Assembly (NCBI GenBank): GCA_043228905.1
Contig: JBHGNT010000013.1
Location: 16,492,001 to 16,556,000, forward strand
Length of the DNA: 64,000 nucleotides
DNA from: Azolla caroliniana
Lineage: Eukaryota > Plantae > Polypodiophyta
Direction of reading: 5' to 3'
A program made the translations under genes and the position numbers. The stretch's first letter is position 1. Each line of letters begins with the position of its first letter. Below are positions 1 to 8,720 of the stretch, piece by piece. The notes under the pieces were generated by a model that searched no databases, was not told the origin of the DNA, and was given only the letters and a program-made list of their open reading frames with translations.

Positions 1-364
1 TTAAGAGCATTACCTATTATCAAAATCCCTTCATTCTAACTGATTTACAACTTTCCTCTCCTTTTCTATCTCATCTTTTATGGTATGCGACACCAGGTTT
101 CATCAGCTTTTTAGCATCTTAATTTCATACGGCAACTAAAACTTAGATACAGATACAATCTTTTTCGCCTAAAGAGTATTAGTATGTTGATTTCACGGTG
201 CAACGAAATCTTAGATTAAGTACATACATTTGATAACAGTAATTCGACTTCACAATGAAGTCCATGGATTATAAAGTCCGTTGCATAGACAAAAGTATAT
301 ATGTATATACCACATAGGAATGTGTTTCAAATATAAGAGAGACAGTGGAGGTGAGAGAATTGAC

Positions 365-512
365 CTAGGTTTATGGGGCGGCCGACGCCGATGCCGACGC
401 CACAGCCGACACCAAATCCTGTGAATATCTGCAGAACCCTGATAGCGAAGGGGTTATAGAGCGTGGGCAGGCGGAATCCACCCCCTCCCTTCTCTGCCAA
501 AGATGGTGGCAT
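365..512 (-). CDS. First coding exon of a conserved uncharacterised plant glycine-rich protein; the rest of the gene probably lies off the left edge
   Basis: ATG at 512 gives MPPSLAEKGGGGFRLPTLYNPFAIRVLQIFTGFGVGCGVGIGVGRPINL(G), then a GT donor at 364. The NPF..TGFGVGCGVGIGVGRP.NLG motif resembles a recalled land-plant protein family. A (GA)n tract lies in the leader. Confidence 0.7.
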
Positions 513-527
513 GCTGCTCTGTTCTTC

Positions 528-587
<60 letters not shown>

Positions 588-669
588 CACACAGCCTCTT
601 CTCCCGCTAAACAAAACCTCCACCCAATTTGCTAAGTATTATTATTTGCTCACATTTGGGCACTCCGAA

Positions 670-955
670 TTGGGAACAGCTCGGCTCCAGCCTGAACTGA
701 ACCGTTAAACCGTTTATAAATGGTTTGCCGGTTTGGTTCAATTTAGGCTTCAGCTTCCTTAACCGGTTTGGGATGGCTCAAGCTGCAACCCAAACCGATT
801 CGGGCCAAACTAGTTAAGGCTTAATCGGCATGTCTAAACCTTAGGAGCTGATTCAATTCAAGTTTGGAAACTCCCAAATCGGTTACGGCTTAACCGGTCT
901 ACTTTGAACAAGGCCAAACAAGTTAAGTCGAAATCGAACCGTTCTTGATTCCTAC
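670..955. repeat. AACCG/CGGTT-motif-rich segment, possible degenerate non-autonomous DNA transposon
   Basis: Many AACCG, CCGGTT and AATCGG motifs on both strands within about 280 bp, like hAT subterminal arrays. No convincing terminal inverted repeat (TIR) or TSD seen. Confidence 0.35.
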
Positions 956-2111
956 TAATCACTCCTACATCTGGACCTTGAAAACTTGTCGGGTCTCAAC
1001 GACCTCCCATTTCGTCCTACCATGCAATAGGGGCCTACCCATACTACACGCCATTCCATGCAACACAGACAACTCCAATGCCATTGCCTGAGCCTTGCAA
1101 TCAGCAAGTCATAGAGGCTCTAGATGGCTCAATTCGATTCGGTGACAAACCTTATCCAAAGCATGGGACTCAACTATCAAATGCCAAGGACTCATGACAA
1201 ACACTTGGTTTTTTGTTTTCGATCTCTCAATGTAAAAACACTAGGGATCTTAGTATTCTCCATTATTCATGGTCACGCTCACAACTCATCCACGGGAAGG
1301 ACACTTGAAAATACTTTTCCATTCAATCAAAAAGGCAAAAAACTTGTAGCAAGATCAGTTCTCTACATATACCCATGTCATCAAAATTCACATAACTTCC
1401 TTTGGAAAGATTGCTAATGTGTGCCAACATCATTTTAATGCCCCATATTCTTCAGAAAACAAAATTAGGTTTACAAGTCACCATTCAAAGGAAAATTTCA
1501 ATGAGAGATTGGCTTTCATTTGATACTCAAAAGAGAAAATGGTTCAGGTGTTGATTTGAAATCAAATACATCGGAACATTAACATTTTGATGTTTTCAAG
1601 ATTCTTTGATTGATTAGCTTGGGTCAAACACAATTCATTAAATTAAACGAGCCTATCGAGATGGCAATTTGAGTGATCATGTATACAAATCGTAAGTGGA
1701 TTGTAGATCCCGATCCAATTGAAATATAGCATAAATAGCAGATACCTGTACATGAATACACATGGCTATGTACGGTTAGTTGGGACCCTTTGCAATAAAG
1801 ATGGTGTGCTCTTTGTGGGAGCTAAGGAAGCAAAGACATCCTTGTCTTCCAATTCACAATTGAATTGGGTCACCACATCCTAGCTCCTCAAACCATCAAA
1901 GAAACATGTCATGTTCCCCTTACAACCATTGCCAAGTTAAGGTAGTAATTATAGAAACAAGAATAAGCTAGGCGAATTGCCACTTTCAATAGAATACATA
2001 GGTCATTACTTACTAGAGCAAGGGAACGTGGGTTCTTTGGCTCTCCTAATTGTGTAATGTGCCCAAATGTGAAAGAATGAATCCGACGCGTTCTGTGGTA
2101 CCAACCAAAGA

Positions 2112-2459
2112 CACATCAAATATGACAAGGGGTTGGTCGACTATTGCAATTCCTCAAGTGTAATGCTCATTCAAATGGGGGAGTGTATGTTGGCTATTAT
2201 TATAGCAAACCCCAATTGACAAATATAGACATCAAGAAGAAGGATCAATGTTAGTGATGAAAGCACAAGAGATCTCATTTTTTGCCACATCAAATATGAC
2301 AAGGGGTTGGTCAACTATTGCAATTCCTCAAGTGTAATGCTCATTCAAATGGGGGAATGTATGTTGGCTATTATTACAGCAAACCCCAATTGACAAATAT
2401 AGACATCAAGAAGAAGGATCAATGTTCGTGATAAAAGCACAAGAGATCTCATTTTTTGC
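2112..2459. repeat. 174-bp direct tandem duplication (2 copies)
   Basis: CACATCAAATATGACAAGGGG starts at 2112 and again at 2286, with only a few substitutions. Confidence 0.9.
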
Positions 2460-3506
2460 CATCGACAATATTTTCACTCAACTCCCATCAATCCCAAAGC
2501 TTAGGTCGTATTGGATTTCATCAACCTAATAACACTATAGACTCTCTTGAAAATAACACTATAATCAAGTCTTGTTTAATTAAATTGTAGCCACTCCAAA
2601 GGAACTAATACAATGGCATTATGAGCGAATCTAATCCAAACCAAAGACAACTATTAGCCTTCATCCAACAATTATCATCCTCTCCCTTTCTTTTGTCTTA
2701 AGGTTTTCCACATAAAATAGATCTATCAAGTCCCTTATAGGACTTGTGTAACATTCTCCATTTTAGAAAAAAAATCAAATCAAAGGTAAGTCTCCTTCTT
2801 GCTCCTCTAGTTTGTAATAAGTGTGAATTTCCTCTACCAGCTGGTTGAATTGGCCTACGTCTTCACATATGAATGACCAAGCATGAATATATGGTTCCAA
2901 TGAAGACAAGACTATACTTTATTAAACTCTTTCATCCCCGTCCATTTGAACTGATTGCAGATAGCAAAACCAGTCAACAAAACACATGGCAATTCTACAA
3001 AGCCAGTACTTTGCAAGCAAGCCATTTGCAGACCATCAATTATAATATCATGAATGTAACTTACCATGATGAATAGGATTCTTGAGGAAACCAGTAATGT
3101 AGCTTATCATTAGGATCCCAGAACGTGAGTGGAGTAGGAAACCAATCTTCCGTTAATGATTTGGATAATGCCATTCGAGTAAGTAGGGTTCCTATCTTGA
3201 ATGTTCTATCCAGCAGAACCTGATATTAACATTGTCAAAGGGTGATTTGATGTCACACGCATGGCTCTAATTATTTCGCAGTACATCATGGTATAATTCA
3301 GCAGTCCCTCATATTACGATTGCCAAAGGGAAATTTGATGTCAAATGTATGGCTCTGATTATTTCACGGTAGTACATGATGGTGCAATTCGTTCAGGAAT
3401 CTCCTTTAACCGATTCTATCTATCGCTACATTCTTGATGCAACATTGAAACGAAAACACAATTTGATCGTGTCTAGCACGTGATCTAAGACCTAAACACT
3501 CGAGGA

Positions 3507-3594
3507 GCCTCAGACTGAAGACCGAAGATGTGTTGATCTCTCACGGAGCGAAGCTCTTGAGAAAACGAAAATACTACATCATGTCATCACTGGC
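3507..3594 (-). ncRNA. Candidate box C/D snoRNA (88 nt) whose 3' half is antisense to tRNA-Phe
   Basis: Minus strand reads GCC-A-GUGAUGA (3590-3584) ... CUGA (3513-3510)-GGC: perfect boxes C and D with a 3-bp terminal stem in K-turn spacing. Confidence 0.55.
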
Positions 3595-3772
3595 ATGTCT
3601 CGAATGAGAATGGAAATAAATTAAATTGTGCAACCACTGAATCGTTTCGATCCGATGTAGACTACAGTTTCGGCGGTATGAGCAGCGTAGTAAATGGGGC
3701 GAGTACAACGGCACATCATTGGAATGAAAAATAGCTTCTTTGAAACAGAAACGATGGCGGCCCTGGAGAGAA

Positions 3773-3858
3773 GCCCTCAGAATCAAAGTTTTTGGCAAAT
3801 TCTGATGGAGATCAGCAGCTATTCAATAGCTTCCTCCTCGTTTTGATCCTCCTTGGGC
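3773..3858 (-). ncRNA. Candidate box C/D snoRNA (86 nt) with a 15-nt 18S rRNA guide
   Basis: GCCC/GGGC terminal stem. Box D CUGA (3780-3777) is directly preceded by CCAAAAACUUUGAUU, the exact complement of recalled plant 18S AAUCAAAGUUUUUGG. Internal D'-like CUGA at 3815-3812. Box C is non-canonical (AGGAGGA). Confidence 0.6.
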
Positions 3859-4014
3859 AACTCTATTATGTAAATTTCTACTTTTTCACATTAATCGCCT
3901 CCCTCTTTGGAAGCGTGAGAATTCACGCATACGGAATGGCCGATTCGCAAAACCGTGAGCAGGAAAAGCAAACACGGACAACATTTCGAGACATCACATG
4001 GAGAGAGAGAGAGA

Positions 4015-4151
4015 GAGCTCTCAGAGTTTCAAGGTTTTTCAGCAGGAAGAGATCATCATCGTCATCGGGGGATGATGATGAAGAAATCGAGGCTCTGCAT
4101 AGCGTATATATGCTCCTTTAATGAAAAAGGAGTGTAGACATCATGGAGCTC
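4015..4151 (-). ncRNA. Candidate U54-like box C/D snoRNA (137 nt)
   Basis: GAGCUC/GAGCUC terminal stem, box C AUGAUGU (4144-4138) and box D CUGA (4024-4021). D'-like CAGA (4097-4094) is preceded by AUAUACGCUAU, complementary to 18S AUAGCGUAUAU. The D'+5 rule points at the G of AUAG, which I recall as the U54/SNORD54 site. Confidence 0.65.
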
Positions 4152-4233
4152 TTGAGGAGGATTGTTCACAAGCAGACATGGCGATGGCGGAGCTAACGTA
4201 AGACACAGAGGATTTAAGAAGACGAGAGACGGA

Positions 4234-4242
4234 AAACCCTAA
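4234..4242. promoter_or_regulatory. Telo-box (AAACCCTAA) upstream of the candidate snoRNA cluster
   Basis: AAACCCTAA lies about 85 bp 5' of the first snoRNA candidate on the minus strand. Telo-boxes are typical of plant snoRNA and ribosome-biogenesis promoters. Confidence 0.5.
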
Positions 4243-5127
4243 AAACAGTGCGGAGGGTGGCCGTTTCACACTTTCGCGTGTGTCCGGACGGACATTTCAT
4301 CGCATCGCATTCGGAAGTGCCAACTTGAGATTGAGAATGGTCGTGCTAATAGAGTCCCTAGAGAGGAAAGGCTTTGTAGCTTATGTTACATAGAGATAGA
4401 GAATGAACATCATTTTACCTTACATGTAAGTGTCCAACTTATGCCGAGATAAGATCGAACTACCAAGACAGTATACTAGGACCCTCTCCCACCCTCTCCA
4501 AGCTATTAGATACCCTGGATATAAAGAGACTAGGTAGGTATATCTTAGAGCTAAAACAACATAGGGAGAATAAATTACAAAGTGTTAACGATAACCCTTT
4601 TAATCTCCACCAAAATGAAACTAATGTAATTTTTCAGGAACAAGGGGAAACAATAAGTGTGGACACACTTACGCCACTCGGCCTCTCTCTTGATCAAGCG
4701 GAAATGCAAAAAACAACCAAACGCCCTCGGATGTTGGGCTTCAAAGCAACTCGACACGGAGTAGAAATGATTAAAAAGATAAGTGAACATGAGCTACGCC
4801 ACCTAGAAGCTATGGTTGGGGTACCTCTTACATTGGGACCACATGCCACATCCACATCGAAACCCTTTGACCCCCGACTTCTTTTCAAGTGACTCGGATA
4901 GAAATGAAACTAGGCCTAGTATAATTATAGAACATGTTTTTTTACTATAACCATTTAGCTTAAACTCTATTTTATTTTGTTTTTTGTTTTTATTTTTTCT
5001 TTCAATGAATGGATAAATACCCCATTTTTGTTGTAAACCAATTGTCTCATGGGCCAATTTTGGCCTTGGAAGACGTTAATCTATCTATCTTTCTCTCTCT
5101 CTCTCTCTTTCTTTTATTGTAATTACA

Positions 5128-5300
5128 TTGCCTTAGTGGTAAGTTATTAACACTACAAGCATTGCATATTGGGTTCGAAACCCAATTTCCTCACCTCTCT
5201 ATTATATGCTTCATATACCCTTAATTCACTAGATGCCAGTGTGGAATGTAGGGGTTGAACCCATGACCACCTGGTCTCCATTGGGCAACCTTACCAACTG

Positions 5301-5304
<4 letters not shown>
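5128..5304. mobile_element. tRNA-derived (SINE-like) composite repeat, copy 1
   Basis: Plus strand has an A box TTGCCTTAGTGG (5128) and B box GGTTCGAAACC (5172). Minus strand has an A box AGCTCAGTTGG and B box GGGTTCAACCCC (about 5304-5251). A homologous copy lies at 36191-36297. Confidence 0.6.
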
Positions 5305-5349
<45 letters not shown>

Positions 5350-5435
5350 GTGTCTTCTGTGAAAGTGCTCCACTTCTTTGTCGCCCGCCCAAACCTCGCC
5401 TGGCAGGAGCGTGTCTATTATGCCATTGCTAACTG

Positions 5436-5519
<84 letters not shown>

Positions 5520-5602
5520 TCTTCTGTGAACGTGCTCCACTTCTTTGTCCCCTGCCCAAACCTCGCCTGGCAGGAGCGTGTCTATTATGCCATTGCTAAC
5601 TG

Positions 5603-5668
<66 letters not shown>

Positions 5669-5746
5669 TCTTCTATGAACGTGCTACACTTCTTTGTCCC
5701 CCGCCCAAACCTCGCCTGGCAGGAGCGTGTCTATTATGCCATTGCT
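5296..5746. repeat. Three tandem units, each AACTGAG-(CT)n plus a ~85-bp unique tail
   Basis: TTGTGTCTTCT...CCCAAACCTCGCCTGGCAGGAGCGTGTCTATTATGCCATTGCT occurs three times, separated by (CT)n tracts of different length. Confidence 0.9.
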
Positions 5747-8720
5747 TGAACGAACCCCTTCGGAAATATATTTTTCTTGTTGTGTTCACATCGTGGCGCA
5801 TGGTGGTGGACATGGTTTTCTCTTCCACGAAAACCTCAGGATGACTAATGAAATGACCGATCAGATGCACACAAATTTGCTCGATCTTTGTCCATGCAAT
5901 GAAATTCATGATGATTTGCAACGTCGTTTCCATGTAAAAAAATATTGGTTAATCCAACAACATCGTATTTGAAGAAGTCATTCATTATCACTTACAACCC
6001 ATGTAGACAATTTTGTCTAACCCCATTTTTGCTATTTGATGTCAATGTAGTGCAAATATCGATATCTTTCTTCAGGCAACAACATTTTGCCTAATTGGTG
6101 CCAATGTCATGCAAAGTTATATCTTCCTTGAGAATATTGCCATATAGATTTCATTGTTGATGTATTTCTAATGTTTAATTCATTGATTGAGCCAATCTTT
6201 TCTTCTAGGTTCACCTTTTTCCAACAATGGTTTATATTATGTCTAAAGTGATTTAAATTATTCATGGACACTTCCAAATATTCTTAACAACTTCATCGTG
6301 TATTGTTTGAGCCATACTTTTTCCATTGTCTTTGTGTTGTATATGATGTCAAAGCCTCACGAGTATGTTTTCATTCATATCAATAGAATCTTTGCCAGTG
6401 ACTAAATTGTAATGTTAATTTTGGTTTGACTAACATAATTTCTTTTGATGTTGGTACATATAACTATATGTCACAACAATGATGGACAACGTTTGTTTGT
6501 CTATTGTTTGGAATGTGACTCTTTTGGGTTTGGAAATTCTCCCCTCTCCAAACATTGTTGTCCCTTTGTTTGAATCATTTGTGTTCACCCAAATCCTAAG
6601 TGCTCAGTTACCATGACACATTATCCAAATAATCATGTCACATACAATTAGGGTATAGAATCATGAAGTCTCTCCAAATAGACATGTCATGTATGGTGAG
6701 CAAGGTATTATAGATGACTATCAATATATCACCTTTGTAATGATGTTGAGCTTATTTGGAGCTTGATCATCTACTCTCTAGGCATGTTGGTCATGCCACC
6801 ACTACATAGATTCCATGCCTTGCAACTAGTTGAAGACCCAAGTGTTGCCTATGATATGTCAATAATTGACTTTGATGGCCCATGGGTGGAAAGTCGAATG
6901 CAACTTATGATAACTCCAATCCATCCAATTGTATTGATGGCAATTACTTGCACGTGCTTGAGATTGTGTGTCGCATTAATTATAATTCATCATATGTAGA
7001 TCAAAGGAAATACCAAAGCAACATATAACCTTTTCTGAATGAAGGGTCGTGTGAACCACCAACGATCTATTCACAAAACCACACACACATGCATCTTTCA
7101 ATTTTTATATAGTCTCCTCAAAGAACCCATCTCAATTCATCTTTAGGCATGTGAATAAGAGTTATATTATAATGCCAACAATCTGCCATTGCCACTAAAG
7201 TTTGTGTCCTCCCATTACCAAAGTAAAGCGTGTTCCTCAACACACACTATTAACAAGAAGAAATGATATACTCAAATTTCAATATACATGTCCCTCCACG
7301 AGTTTGATGACCGTAAGATTCATTGCAAGGGATGGGAAAACTTCTTGGTAATCCTTCCAAACCCGTCGGCGTGGGCTACAACAATACATACATGCACCAC
7401 TTAGGATATTATGGCATAGGGTAGGTGAATACCATAAGGTTACAAACCCTTTTATTAAGGTTGGAAAGGGAAACCCAATATAGTAAAGATCCTAGTGCAT
7501 GACCCCCCCTCCCAAAGGCACCATCATCCTCTTCACGTAACGCAAAGAGTTTTCCTTTCCACCTCGGTGCTTCAACATCATCATCTTCATGCACCTAGAT
7601 CTTCCAGAATTCGACCTTAGTGACCCTTATCTGAGGCCTCGAAGCATTGGGAGAGAATAGCACACAAGCACAAGACACATGGACAAACAACATTTTGTTG
7701 TCGACGTGGTTTTGCCGCAACAAATCCCGCACACTTTGAGGGCCATAGGGTGGGGGGGCATCAAGGGGCTTCTTGTGGGGGTCGGTAGATGAGGGCGAAG
7801 GGGCAAGGACATAGAGTCGAGTGATGCATAACAACCGCTTCCGAAGAGACAAAAATTGATAAGAAAACCAACACATTCCTGGTGGAAAAACAAGTTTATG
7901 AGCGTATGGAGCTTTGGTCTTCCACTCAAGCAACGAGTATTCCTATGGGGATGCTTATTGGGTGTCTCATGACTGGGTTGAATCATCAAAAGTGATCGAT
8001 AGTGTTGCTGCATTGTGCATGATGTGGTTGACGATCAGAAACAATCCCATGCTTATTATGGACTCGTTAATTCACTACAACATTTGTGCGAAAGACCAAG
8101 TGCATCTCTTTCTTGCAAATTTCCTTTGGGAAGCACTTTCGGCTATTCAGACAGATTCTGTGCGCCCTATCCAACAATGCCTATTTTCTCTAATGGACAA
8201 CAGTTTGGGCACGCCGGACCATCTAGACGACCTGCAATAATAAGGTCGTCGATCGAAAAACCAGCCGCGTGAACTTTAGCTTCTTTTAAGCAATCCCTCA
8301 AAGCAATCTCTGTTCGATCGTCTGCAACTCCGAGGCATCCCACTACAAATTTACACTCTTTACTTCGAGTGCTGCTAAGCTCTTTAACGTCTAATCGACA
8401 CTTGTAGGCTTCTCTTTATTCTTTGTAGGTTTTCACCTTACTTTGAGATTTTCCACTATGTAGTAAATTGTAATAAAAGTGTTTAGTAAAAAGAGAGAGA
8501 CCTACCCACTACTACTCACAACAGTTCACTACTACATATGTACATACATACATACATACATACATACATACATACATACATACTGATGATACTCTATTAT
8601 AACCAATGAATAAAAGTCATACTTGAGTTACTTCTCATCATCATCATCATCTCCTTCTTCTTCTTCTTCTTTCTTCATCATTTTCTCTTCTTCTTCTTCT
8701 TCTTCTGTGGCAGATGGGCC

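Noticed and set aside
4225-4330. Possible telomerase RNA template at AAACCCTAA
   Set aside because: No upstream USE (TCCCAC-type)/TATA Pol III promoter was recognised; a telo-box is the simpler explanation.
5243-5304. Functional tRNA gene
   Set aside because: The anticodon arm does not pair properly, the 5' acceptor strand is replaced by (GA)n, and a second decayed copy exists; treated as a tRNA-derived repeat.
5296-5746. CRISPR-like alternation of a constant unit and variable spacers
   Set aside because: The variable parts are (CT)n tracts, the constant unit is about 90 bp, the context is eukaryotic and no cas genes are present.
5760-8540. Fragmentary ORFs and CACTAC-like motifs suggesting a CACTA or other DNA transposon
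   Set aside because: Probably decayed TE sequence, but no diagnostic transposase motif, paired TIR or TSD could be identified.
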